Below are positions 27,971-36,871 of a stretch of DNA of 64,000 nucleotides, one piece after another. This DNA comes from Armatimonadota bacterium (GTDB lineage Bacteria; Armatimonadota; Fimbriimonadia; Fimbriimonadales; GBS-DC), in the NCBI GenBank assembly GCA_013359125.1, contig JABWCR010000001.1, positions 174,183-238,182 on the forward strand, given 5' to 3'. Within the stretch, counting starts at the first letter, position 1. Each line of letters opens with the position of its first letter. The notes beneath the pieces were generated by a model. The model searched no databases and was not told where the DNA came from. It saw only the letters and a list, made by a program, of their open reading frames with translations. The translations under genes were made by a program, and so were the position numbers.

Positions 27971-28696
27971 ATGGAGCTTCGAGAATATGATCGGATGTTC
28001 CAGAACGAATCCAGCTACTGGTGGTTCGTCGCCCGGCGCGAGTTGGTTCTGTCGCTGCTCGAACCTTATGCGCCAAATGGCTGGTCGATTCTCGATGCGG
28101 GTTGCGGCACCGGCGCAATGGCCGTCGAGCTTCAAAAATGGGGCGATGTTACAGGCGCCGACAGCGAGGAGAGGGCTTTAGAATACTGCCGGCAGCGCGG
28201 ATTGCGAAACTTGGCGCTATGCTCGGTGGAATCGATGCCCTTTGGCGACGAGCAGTTTGATTTGATCACGGCTTTGGATTTGATCGAGCATGTTGGGGAC
28301 GACCGGGCGGCGCTCAGCGAGATGGCGCGATGCCTGAAGCCGGGAGGGATTTTGGCGCTTTCGGTTCCGGCTTATCGATTCATGTGGAGCGGGCACGATC
28401 TTGCGCTGATGCATAAGCGACGGTATCGGGCAAGCGAGCTCCGAGCCAAGATCGAGGAAACCGGGCTGAAAGTAGAGAAGATTTCCTACGCGCTGATGCT
28501 GCTCTTCTTGCCCATTCTTATCGTGCGGCTCTTGGATCGCTGGTTCCGGCGTGGAGAACCGGCGGCCACGGTGCTGCCCGTGCCTATATGGGTAAACCGA
28601 ATCTTGATATGGCTTCAGCGAATGGAGGCCAAACTGATTCGCAATGTGAATCTGCCCTTTGGCGTCAGCATCGTGGCAATTGCTAGAAAGAACTAA
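27971..28696 (+). CDS. Class I SAM-dependent methyltransferase with C-terminal membrane segments
   Basis: 241-aa ORF; motif I ILDAGCGTG and LKPGG post-I motif; two hydrophobic C-terminal helices. Confidence 0.8.
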   Translation: MELREYDRMFQNESSYWWFVARRELVLSLLEPYAPNGWSILDAGCGTGAMAVELQKWGDVTGADSEERALEYCRQRGLRNLALCSVESMPFGDEQFDLITALDLIEHVGDDRAALSEMARCLKPGGILALSVPAYRFMWSGHDLALMHKRRYRASELRAKIEETGLKVEKISYALMLLFLPILIVRLLDRWFRRGEPAATVLPVPIWVNRILIWLQRMEAKLIRNVNLPFGVSIVAIARKN

Positions 28697-29949
28697 CGAG
28701 CGTCGTGCACGATTCGGCCGCCCAAGATCGTCATGACCGGCCAGCCTCTCAATATCCAGCCCCCAAAGGGCGTGTTCTTGCTCTTGGACTTAAGGTCTTG
28801 AGGCTTGACCATTCGCTCTCGGTCGGGATCGATGACGACGATGTCGGCTGGCTGGCCCGGCGATAGACTGCCCGCGTTCAGCCCAAAGACTCGGGCAGGG
28901 GCGGTGGACATGAGTTCGATTAAACGCATCGGCGAGAGCGGATCGCCGTGGCGACGGTTCCATTCGAGCATCAAAGGCAGCGCGGTTTCCAGTCCTACGA
29001 TCCCAAAGGGCGCTTGGCCCAGCGGCTGCGTTTTCTCTTCGGCAGTGTGGGGCGCATGGTCGGTCGCGATGTGATCGATCTCGCCTTGTATCAGCGCTTG
29101 GCTGAGGGCGTCAGCGTCCTTTTGAGTTCGCAACGGCGGGTTCATTTTGGCCATCGTGCCTTCGGCCAGCACGGCTTTGTCGGTCAACAACAGATGGTGC
29201 GGGGCGACTTCGCAAGTAATCTTCGCGCCTAATTGGCGGAAATAGCGAATCAGGTCGATTCCGAGGGCAGTCGAGAGGTGTTGGACATGAAGGTGAGCGC
29301 CTGTTTCGAGCGCGAGCAAAGCGTTTCGCGCGATATGAATCTCTTCGGCGACGCTCGGCATTCCGGGGACGCCCAGCCTCTCGGCGACTTCACCTTCATG
29401 AATGGCGCCGGGCACAGTCAGGCTTTTGTCCTCGCAATGGGTTACGACGGGCAAGCCGACCCGAGCGGCCAAGCGCATGCCTTCGCGCATCATTCGGGCG
29501 CTTTGTAACGGGTAGGCATCGTCGCTGACCGCTATGGCGCCAGCCTCTTTGAGCGCCGCATAGTCGGTCAGGCGCTCGCCCGCCATGCCTTCGGTCATTG
29601 CCGCGACGACATAGAGCCGGACGTTCTTGGCTCGTTCCATCAGTTGCCGCACAAGTTCGGGGTTGTCAATTGAGGGCGACGTGTTGGGCATACAGGCGAC
29701 CGAGGCGTACCCGCCCGCTGCAGCCGACATGGAGCCGGTATCGATGTCCTCTTTGTGCGTTTGACCGGGCTCGCGAAAGTGAACGTGCGGGTCGATCAGG
29801 CCAGGGCAGACCCATAGGCCGCCGCAATCGATGACCTCGGCGCCGCCAGAAGCGACAATTAAGCCATCATCGACATGCAGGTCGGCCGTCTCGTCGCGCG
29901 AGTTCGCCGGATCGATTACGCGCCCGCCGCGCAACAAGAGGCTGCTCAT
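28693..29949 (-). CDS. pyrC: Dihydroorotase (cyclic amidohydrolase family)
   Basis: DPHVHFREPG metal-binding motif, later HxH/D signature (DHAPH). Start placed at ATG 29949 (MSSLLLRGGRVIDP), 7 nt downstream of a minus-strand AGGTAGAAT box. ATG 29958 and ORF-track start 30027 are alternatives. Confidence 0.85.
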   Translation of the reverse strand: MSSLLLRGGRVIDPANSRDETADLHVDDGLIVASGGAEVIDCGGLWVCPGLIDPHVHFREPGQTHKEDIDTGSMSAAAGGYASVACMPNTSPSIDNPELVRQLMERAKNVRLYVVAAMTEGMAGERLTDYAALKEAGAIAVSDDAYPLQSARMMREGMRLAARVGLPVVTHCEDKSLTVPGAIHEGEVAERLGVPGMPSVAEEIHIARNALLALETGAHLHVQHLSTALGIDLIRYFRQLGAKITCEVAPHHLLLTDKAVLAEGTMAKMNPPLRTQKDADALSQALIQGEIDHIATDHAPHTAEEKTQPLGQAPFGIVGLETALPLMLEWNRRHGDPLSPMRLIELMSTAPARVFGLNAGSLSPGQPADIVVIDPDRERMVKPQDLKSKSKNTPFGGWILRGWPVMTILGGRIVHDAR

Positions 29950-29956
29950 TGCGCTC

Positions 29957-29965
29957 ATTCTACCT
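29957..29965 (-). promoter_or_regulatory. AGGTAGAAT box for pyrC
   Basis: Minus strand AGGTAGAAT-N7-ATG 29949. Confidence 0.4.
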
Positions 29966-29975
29966 TCGATGCCAA

Positions 29976-29984
29976 AGGTATAAT
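29976..29984 (+). promoter_or_regulatory. AGGTATAAT box for prpB-like gene
   Basis: Consensus TATAAT followed by 9 nt then ATG 29994, no SD. Confidence 0.45.
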
Positions 29985-29993
29985 CCCGCCGCC

Positions 29994-30893
29994 ATGTTCC
30001 CCTTTGAACCCGACCGAAATCTTCCATCGCCTGGACGACGCTTGCGAAATCTGTGGGCCAGCCAGGAGATTGTCGTCATGCCGGGCGTCTACAACGCGAT
30101 TTTGGCGCGATTGGTAGAGCGCGCCGGTTTTCCGGCGGTCTATGTCTCGGGCGCGGGCGTAACGAACAGTCTGTTAGGCATGCCGGACACGGCGTTTGTA
30201 ACGCTGACCGAGATGGCCGAAACGTGCGGCCACATCTGCCGCGCGACCAGCCTGCCTGTGGTCGCCGATGCCGACACAGGCTACGGAGAGGCGTTGCAAG
30301 CGGCGCGCGCGGTGCAAGTCTTGTCGGCTTCGGGCTTGGCCGGCATCCATCTGGAAGACCAGGCCATGCCCAAGCGATGCGGGCACTTGGACGGAAAAGA
30401 GGTCGTGCCCGCCGAGCAGATGGCCTCAAAGATTCGGGCTGCAGTCAGCGCAAGGCCCGATCCTGATTTTATTATTATCGCGCGAACGGACGCCAAGGCG
30501 ATCGAGGGGATCGAATCGGCCATCGAGAGGGCTAAGCGGTATCTGGATGCAGGGGCGGACGCTATCTTTCCCGAAGCCCTGACCTCTCGCGGAGAGTTCG
30601 AGCAGTTCGCCCAGGCTGTGAAGGCGCCTCTGATGGCGAACATGACCGAGTTTGGCAAGACGCCTCTTTTTACCGCCAAAGAGTTTGCCGAGATGGGCTA
30701 CAAGATGGCGATCTTTCCCCAAACTCTCTTTAGGGTTATGATGAAGTCGGCGGAAACGGCTTTAGCGGCGCTATCGCGCGATGGGGGACAGGCTTCGCTG
30801 ATCGATCAGATGCAGACGAGGGCGGAGTTGTATGATCTTTTGTCGTATGCAGAGTACGAGGCGTTTGACAAGAGGATGGGGGAGAGCGAGTAG
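29994..30893 (+). CDS. prpB: Methylisocitrate lyase / PEP-mutase superfamily enzyme
   Basis: Start at ATG 29994 (299 aa); isocitrate lyase/PEP mutase pattern (VYVSGAG, DADTGYG, IHLEDQ..PKRCGH, IIARTDA, DAIFPEA). Exact substrate not certain. Confidence 0.75.
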   Translation: MFPFEPDRNLPSPGRRLRNLWASQEIVVMPGVYNAILARLVERAGFPAVYVSGAGVTNSLLGMPDTAFVTLTEMAETCGHICRATSLPVVADADTGYGEALQAARAVQVLSASGLAGIHLEDQAMPKRCGHLDGKEVVPAEQMASKIRAAVSARPDPDFIIIARTDAKAIEGIESAIERAKRYLDAGADAIFPEALTSRGEFEQFAQAVKAPLMANMTEFGKTPLFTAKEFAEMGYKMAIFPQTLFRVMMKSAETALAALSRDGGQASLIDQMQTRAELYDLLSYAEYEAFDKRMGESE

Positions 30894-30899
30894 CCGAAG

Positions 30900-31684
30900 A
30901 TGGCGATCAGACAGCGGTTTGGCATTGGCGAATGGTACGGCAGACCCATTCAATTTCTTTCGAACGAGCAACGCGGCGCCAATGCTGCCAATGTGAGCAA
31001 AAGCCAGCCATGCCCGTTCAAGACTCTGGGCGCCAATAGAACGTGTACCAAAGCGGGAGGGGTTTGCACTTTACAGAAGTTCTCTCCGATTCGAAGAAGA
31101 CTGGCGAATATTTGCATGGATCGGAAGGGAACTGTTGGGACACGAAGAGCCGCAAGTGGCAGGTGAAATTGGCTTCCTCGAAGGCGAACGGTCTGATGTC
31201 GGTCGAATTGACAACATCTTGGCCGTCGTTCGCGAGGGACGACTTGAATGGTGCGCTCTCGAGATACAAGCCGTCTATTTTTCGGGTCGATCGATGAGTT
31301 CTGATTTCATGGCTTGGTCCGAGCATCGATACAGGTATTCGCAGGCCCGATTTTCGCAGCAGCGGACCAAAGAGGCTCATGCCGCAGCTGCAGATAAAGG
31401 TTCCTACGCTGCGAAGATGGGGCAAGAAGATGGCCGTAGTGGTTGACGAGCCGTTCTATCGGTCGTTGTCCCCTATGCAGTCTGAATCCGATCCATCCAA
31501 CGCAGACATCGGCTGGTTTGTGGTCAATTATAAGGCTATTGAGGAGCGGTTCGAACTTGCGCCGAGATTTGTCGTGTACACTACCTTGGAACGCGCTGTT
31601 GAGGGGCTTACAGCGGGAAAGCCAGTTTCATTGGAGACGTTCGAGCAAAGGATAAGAAGCAAACTCAGACCGGCAGACAGCTAA
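30900..31684 (+). pseudogene. Type II restriction endonuclease, NotI-like PD-(D/E)XK family, disrupted by two frameshifts
   Basis: Homologous sequence runs through three frames. Frame of 30900: FGIGEWYG...QPCPFKTLGANRTCTKAGGVCTL, paralleling the NotI N-terminal Cys cluster. Frame of 31081: GRIDNILAVV...LEWCALEIQAVYFSG, a D...E-x-Q/K catalytic core. Frame of 31319: RPDFRSSGPKRLMPQLQIKVPTLRRWGKKMAVVV. Shifts lie near 31080..31090 and 31298..31340. Confidence 0.6.
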
Positions 31685-32558
31685 GCGATGTTAGCGAGCC
31701 ATTCAAAGTCTCGACTGATCATTAGCTCGAATTTGACCTCGTGGTGGCTGCTCTTCATCGGCGCTCGCTCCAGTGCCAGCCCATTTCGTGCAGCCAATCG
31801 TTCGATTTCGGGCGATTGGTCGTAAGTCATCAATAGCCTCCATTCGCCACCCTTACAGAGTTCAAATAGCTTTGCGTGGTCAACGTGGTTGAAGCGATAG
31901 AGTCTTCGCCCAGCCACGGTGTATGGCGGATCGACGAACATGGCGGTCGATGGGTTGTCTGGAGCGCTGGCGATCGACGCCAATCCGTCGCCCTGAATGA
32001 ACCTTATCTTGTCCCGCATTGCATGTATGGCCATGATTCGATTGGCCAAAGTCGTTGGATACCATCTCGAAGCCAAGCCGCGTCCGTTCTCGCCGCTCTT
32101 GATGCGACCCGCGCCCGGCGCCAAGATACCGCTCCTATTGACCCTGTTCAGCAAGATAGCGCGAAAGGCGCGATCAAGGTCGTTCTGACACTCAAAGTGG
32201 AGCCACTCGGCCACCGAGTCATGCGACAACTCGAAAGAGACGATTCTCTTGGCTAGGTGCTCTGCATCATGGCTTAGAACGACGCTCCAGACCGCCGCTA
32301 TGTCGGGGTCGATCTCGGTCAGAACGGCTCTCTCGACCAGACCCTCTGCTACCGCAGTGAGCGACGCAATGCCGCCCCACAAAATGGCTCATAAAATTCA
32401 CTTATGAGAGCAGGGCCGCTCCTGAGCCATGCACGCACATAAGGCACCATCCAGGTCTTGCCCCCGGGATAGCGGAACACGCTCCGCTGCGGCACTTTGG
32501 AGACATTAATGACTGGGACCGTTGGCTTTAAGTCGAAGAGCCGTTGCTGGGGGCTCAC
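31681..32558 (-). pseudogene. Dam-like (D12 class, alpha-type) N6-adenine DNA methyltransferase, disrupted by one frameshift
   Basis: N-terminal ORF has FRYPGGK and EPFCG; the downstream ORF continues GGIASL... and carries FVDPPY. Restoring one G in the G4 run (plus-strand CCCC 32375..32378) gives EPFCGGGI (FxGxG motif). Likely start GTG 32558 downstream of a GGGGTATACT box; the ORF-track ATG 32624 would overlap rpiB. Confidence 0.75.
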
Positions 32559-32568
32559 TGTAGACGAA

Positions 32569-32578
32569 AGTATACCCC
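32569..32578 (-). promoter_or_regulatory. GGGGTATACT box for the methyltransferase pseudogene
   Basis: Minus strand GGGGTATACT-N10-GTG 32558, immediately after the rpiB stop. Confidence 0.35.
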
Positions 32579-32580
32579 GC

Positions 32581-33012
32581 CTACCCCTCAATCTTTCCGA
32601 CCCTGCGATTGTGCCGCTCGGCATCGGAGAAGGGCGTTTCGATAAAGGCCTTCAAGATGGCGACCGCCATCTCGAAGCCGAGCAGATCTGCGCCCATACA
32701 CAGCACGTTCGCATCGTTATGATCGCGCGCCATGATTGCTGACAGCGGCTCGTCCACCCGCGCTGCGCGAATGCCCCGAATCCGATTCGCCGCAATGCTC
32801 ATGCCGATGCCCGTGCCGCAGATGAGGACGCCAAAGCGAGCCTCGCCGCTCGCAACCGCGTTCGCAACCGGCCTGGCAAAGTCGGGGTAGTCGCTCGACT
32901 CGCACGAATGGCCCCCCAGGTCGAGCGGCTCCCAGCCCCATTCGCGCAAGACCTCGATCAGTCTCTGTTTGAGCGCAAATCCGCGATGGTCGGCGCCCAG
33001 CGCGATCTTCAT
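32581..33012 (-). CDS. rpiB: Ribose-5-phosphate isomerase B
   Basis: 143-aa ORF; MKIALGADHRGF, ICGTGIGMSIAANR, NDANVLC motifs of the RpiB/LacAB family. Confidence 0.9.
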   Translation of the reverse strand: MKIALGADHRGFALKQRLIEVLREWGWEPLDLGGHSCESSDYPDFARPVANAVASGEARFGVLICGTGIGMSIAANRIRGIRAARVDEPLSAIMARDHNDANVLCMGADLLGFEMAVAILKAFIETPFSDAERHNRRVGKIEG

Positions 33013-33015
33013 AGT

Positions 33016-34305
33016 TTAGCGGTTCGCCTTCTCGACGCGCTCTCTCAGAATCTCAAGCGCTCTCTTCAATTGAGGGTCGTCTTCGCGCTCGGTTCCGTCG
33101 TAATCCTCGGGCATCTTAACTTCGATATCCGGTTTGATGCCGCCGCCCACGCGCTCGTTGTTCTCCAACTTGGGATTGATGTCGGTACCGTTCGGCGTCA
33201 GATACTTGGCAGTGGTGATCGCAACGGCAGTGTTCTGCAAAGAAATGACGGTTTGCACAAGACCCTTGCCGAATGTAGTCTCGCCGATGATGGGCGCCTT
33301 GCCATGATCTTGGATCGCGCCGGTCAGGATTTCCGAGGCGCTGGCGCTGCCGCCGTTGACTAACACGACGAAGGGAACTCGCGCTTTGAACCGACCTGGA
33401 ATCACGGCTTTCTTTTCTTGGGCGCCGTTCTTGCCTTGCACGATCACGACCGTGCCCTTCTCTAAGAATCGCGACGTAACCTCGACCGCCGAGTCGAGCA
33501 GGCCGCCCGGATCGTATCGCAAGTCGAGGATGAATCCTTTCATGCCCTTCTGTTCCGCTTCGCTCATGGCGCGATCGAGCAAGTTAGCGGCCTTTTCGTT
33601 GAAGTTCTGAAGATGAATCGTGAAGAGTTTGTTTTCGGGATCGTCCTCATAGAGATCAACCGTAGGGCTAACGATCACGTTCCGAACAATCTCGAAAGTG
33701 AGGGGCGCCGGCTCGCCATCGCGCTTGATCGTCAGCACGACTTTGGTGTTGCGTTGACCGCGAATCTGCCTCACGATGTCGTCGAGCGCAGTGTTGTCCA
33801 ACTTTTTGCCGTCGACTGCGACGATCACATCGCCCTTTTTGATGCCAGCGGCCAATGCCGGGCTATTGGGCAGCGGTCGCTGTACTTTGGCGCCTTCGGG
33901 AGCGTCGCGCAACTCGGCTCCTATGCCGACAAAGTCGCCTCGCGTGTCTTCCATCATCCGGCTGAACTCTTTGGGGTCCATAAACCGAGTGTAGGGGTCC
34001 TTCAGCACGGCGAGCATGCCTCGAATAGCCGAATAGGTCAACTCTTCCGAAGCGGGCGGTTCTTTATAAGCATGTTTTTGAACCGTTGCCAGAGCGTCTT
34101 CAAAGGCGCGCAGCGGCGAGAGTTCTGCCTGGGCAGGCTTTGTAAAACCGCCCTTGATCTTCTCGCCCAGTTCGTTCAGTGCGACGTTGGCCGACAGCGC
34201 ATCGCCCCGGCTCAGGTCGGTCGCGATGAAGCCGATCAAAAATGCGCAGATGGCGGCGGGAGCGACCAGCAGCGCCTTAATCAAAGCGTATCCACGATTG
34301 TTCAT
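33016..34305 (-). CDS. S41 carboxy-terminal processing peptidase with PDZ domain
   Basis: 429-aa ORF; N-terminal anchor, PDZ (GDVIVAVDG), catalytic region (LVNGGSASASEI, TFGKG). Confidence 0.85.
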   Translation of the reverse strand: MNNRGYALIKALLVAPAAICAFLIGFIATDLSRGDALSANVALNELGEKIKGGFTKPAQAELSPLRAFEDALATVQKHAYKEPPASEELTYSAIRGMLAVLKDPYTRFMDPKEFSRMMEDTRGDFVGIGAELRDAPEGAKVQRPLPNSPALAAGIKKGDVIVAVDGKKLDNTALDDIVRQIRGQRNTKVVLTIKRDGEPAPLTFEIVRNVIVSPTVDLYEDDPENKLFTIHLQNFNEKAANLLDRAMSEAEQKGMKGFILDLRYDPGGLLDSAVEVTSRFLEKGTVVIVQGKNGAQEKKAVIPGRFKARVPFVVLVNGGSASASEILTGAIQDHGKAPIIGETTFGKGLVQTVISLQNTAVAITTAKYLTPNGTDINPKLENNERVGGGIKPDIEVKMPEDYDGTEREDDPQLKRALEILRERVEKANR

Positions 34306-34309
34306 GCGA

Positions 34310-35701
34310 TTAACCTCCCACCTTGGCCGTTAAAGTCGAAATAGCTTGCTTGAGCGCCGGGTCGGCAGCCGGATCGCCCATCTTGGTCGGCTTTTCGGCG
34401 ACCTTTACTTGAGGCTGCACCCCAGTCCCATGAAACTCGGTACCGTCAGGGTTCAGATACCGTCCAAGGGTCAGCGTAAATCCAGAGTTGTCCGAAAGTT
34501 TGAAAAGCGCGATTTCCGACGCATCGCCGAACGTGGCCTCGCCGATGAGCGCGGACTTGGCCTGATTCTTGAGCGCAGAGGCCACAAACTCGGCAACGTT
34601 GTAGGTACCCTTGTTGACGAGCACGACCATCGGAATCTTGTACGGCTTTGGAGCCGCAACTAGCGAGATCGGGCGCGTTTTGTACGCCTTGTCCGCTCTA
34701 AATCGTGCTTGGCCCAGCGCGGTGCCCGGGACGAATCGGCTCAGGAGCTGCTTGGCAGGCTCTATCTGACCACCGGGCGCGTTTCGCAGGTCGAGCACGA
34801 TGCCCTTTATGTTCGGTCGAAGTTCGTCGATCGCCTTTTCGACAGCCTTGGGAGTGGCGGCGCCCAAAAAGTTCACGCGAACGTAGCCCAGCTTCCCAAT
34901 CGCTTTATGGCCGACGGGTGCTACGGTCAGTCGCGTAATGGGCGCTTCCAATTTGACGGGCTTGCCCTCACGTATCACCGTCATCGAGACGTTCGTGCTG
35001 CCCTTTGCGGCGTCGAACGAGGTCAGTCGGTTAACGGCGTCGCTCAATGTGAGACTGTTCTTAAGCCGCGCGCGCGCCCGTTGATCGGCCTCGCGCAGTT
35101 TCTTGAACTCGGCATGTTGCTTTCGCAAAGTCTCGATCTCGTGAAACGGATCGTGCGAGATCACCCATTTGCCGTCCACCTCGTCGATATAGTCGCCCGG
35201 CAACAGCCCTGCGCGCTCGGCAGGAGAATTGGGAAAGGGAGCGACCACTTTGAGCATCGTCTTCTCTAAGTCGCCCTCTTTCGCCTGTACAAGTGTGAGC
35301 GAAGCGCCGATACCTTCTAGCTTGCCGTTCGCTGCGGCTTCTAATCGAGCCGTCTCGTCCGGTTTGAAGAAGAGACTGTGCGGATCGTTGAGAGAAGCCA
35401 GCATCGATTCGAGCGATCCGTGCGCCATTTCGGTCGTGTTGGTCTTCTCGACATACTCTTGCCGAACGAGGAAAAGCACGTTGGCAAAAAGTCGCAGCAG
35501 GTTCGCGTTGCTGCCGTCAGCGCTCGATTCAAGATTGCGCAGTTCGGCAAAATGGGCTGCCATCTCTTGCGCGGCCACCACCTCGCGTTCGCGAGGCTGG
35601 CTGTCCATCCCGTTGCGCACAAAGAGGCCCGCGCTGAATGCGGCGATCACCGCGCAGCCTGCGGCTATGGCCAAAAATCGAGTCTTCTTATTGTTCGGCA
35701 T
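34310..35701 (-). CDS. S41-family peptidase paralog (divergent Ctp-like)
   Basis: 463-aa ORF; PDZ-like GDYIDEVDG; LDLRNAPGG and LVNKGTYNVAEF / TFGDA in place of canonical S41 motifs. The catalytic Ser position appears substituted (Y-N-V-A), so activity is uncertain. Confidence 0.65.
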   Translation of the reverse strand: MPNNKKTRFLAIAAGCAVIAAFSAGLFVRNGMDSQPREREVVAAQEMAAHFAELRNLESSADGSNANLLRLFANVLFLVRQEYVEKTNTTEMAHGSLESMLASLNDPHSLFFKPDETARLEAAANGKLEGIGASLTLVQAKEGDLEKTMLKVVAPFPNSPAERAGLLPGDYIDEVDGKWVISHDPFHEIETLRKQHAEFKKLREADQRARARLKNSLTLSDAVNRLTSFDAAKGSTNVSMTVIREGKPVKLEAPITRLTVAPVGHKAIGKLGYVRVNFLGAATPKAVEKAIDELRPNIKGIVLDLRNAPGGQIEPAKQLLSRFVPGTALGQARFRADKAYKTRPISLVAAPKPYKIPMVVLVNKGTYNVAEFVASALKNQAKSALIGEATFGDASEIALFKLSDNSGFTLTLGRYLNPDGTEFHGTGVQPQVKVAEKPTKMGDPAADPALKQAISTLTAKVGG

Positions 35702-35766
35702 GGCAACTCCTCCGCGCTTCGGGCGCGGCTATCGACCCTATATTCTATCCCAACATGCTCTCGATT

Positions 35767-35775
35767 GGGTATACC
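35767..35775 (+). promoter_or_regulatory. GGGTATACC box for alr
   Basis: GGGTATACC (palindromic GGGTATACCC) followed by 7 nt then ATG 35783; no SD. Confidence 0.35.
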
Positions 35776-35782
35776 CTACATT

Positions 35783-36847
35783 ATGACCCGCGCCTGGGCC
35801 GAAATTGACGCCAACGCACTTCGACACAATTTGGAACGAATTGCCGAGCACGTCGGTTCAAATTGCGGCGTTATGGCGGTTGTCAAAGCAAACGCCTATG
35901 GCCACGGCGTCGAATTGGTGGCAAAGGCGCTCGAAGGCAGCCGGGCACGCATGTTCGGGGTGGCGACGCTCGAAGAGGGCGCCTTGCTCAGGCGTCGAGG
36001 CATCAGAAAGCCCATTCTTCTGTTCGCGCCGTTGCAAGGCGAAGAATGGGAGGCGGCGGCCGAGTTGGGTCTGATGGCAACCGTCGAAGATCCACGAACA
36101 GTTCCAAAACTGCGCAAAACCCTCAAAGTCCATCTGAAGGTGGATACCGGCATGAGTCGCCTTGGTGCGCCGTGCGGCAGGCCTATTGTCTGGCCCAACG
36201 ACAGGCCGGACTTGGAATTGGAAGGGGCCTACACCCACTTTGCTTTAGCCGAGATCGAACAAGAGTTCGCAAAGCAGCAGTTGGCGCTGTTCCACCAAGC
36301 GACCTCTCAATTGCCTTTGGGATTGCGCCACGCCGCCAACAGCCCTGCGACCGTGAATCTGCCCGAGAGTTGGCTGGACATAGTTCGCCCAGGCCTCATG
36401 CTCTATGGCATCAAGCCGTTCTCGGTTCCCATTCCAATCGACCTGAGGCCCGTGATGACGCTCAAGGCGAGGGTCATTTCTATCCGTACAGTCCAACGGG
36501 GCCAAGGCGTCAGCTATGGTCATCGTTTCAAATCAACAAGAGAAACCCGGATCGCCACAGTTGGAATCGGGTACGCGGATGGGATTCCGCGCCGCCTCAG
36601 CGACATGGGGAGCGTCCTCATTCGCGGTAGACGCACGCCCATTGCCGGGACGATCTGCATGGACATGACCATGATCGACGCGACAGAGATCGAAGGCGCG
36701 CAGATAGGGGATATTGCAACGCTGATAGGGCGAGACGGCGAAGAGCAAATCACGGTCGAAGAGATAGCCGAGACGATTGGCAGCTCCCGCCATGAGATTG
36801 TAACCTGCATCGGGCCGCGGCCGCAACGAATTCTGGTCAACGGCTAA
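35783..36847 (+). CDS. alr: Alanine racemase
   Basis: Start at ATG 35783 (354 aa; MTRAWAEIDANALRHNL); PLP-lysine motif AVVKANAYGHG; C-terminal SYG...Y motifs. The ORF-track start 35378 is an antisense extension. Confidence 0.9.
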   Translation: MTRAWAEIDANALRHNLERIAEHVGSNCGVMAVVKANAYGHGVELVAKALEGSRARMFGVATLEEGALLRRRGIRKPILLFAPLQGEEWEAAAELGLMATVEDPRTVPKLRKTLKVHLKVDTGMSRLGAPCGRPIVWPNDRPDLELEGAYTHFALAEIEQEFAKQQLALFHQATSQLPLGLRHAANSPATVNLPESWLDIVRPGLMLYGIKPFSVPIPIDLRPVMTLKARVISIRTVQRGQGVSYGHRFKSTRETRIATVGIGYADGIPRRLSDMGSVLIRGRRTPIAGTICMDMTMIDATEIEGAQIGDIATLIGRDGEEQITVEEIAETIGSSRHEIVTCIGPRPQRILVNG

Positions 36848-36871
36848 GATATCGAGAACCCCGGCCAATAA
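36845..36871 (+). promoter_or_regulatory. Candidate sigma-28 (FliA) promoter TAAG-N15-GCCAATAA upstream of fliK
   Basis: Matches the flagellar class-3 consensus TAAA-N15-GCCGATAA at 10 of 12 positions with exact 15-nt spacing; overlaps the alr stop and ATG 36871. Confidence 0.3.

Noticed and set aside
30900-31684. Treating 30900..31166, 31043..31297, 31135..31446 and 31379..31684 as four independent small genes
   Set aside because: The three homologous pieces follow one another in the order expected for a single NotI-like endonuclease, so a frameshifted pseudogene is the simpler reading. The 31043 ORF is an out-of-frame by-product.
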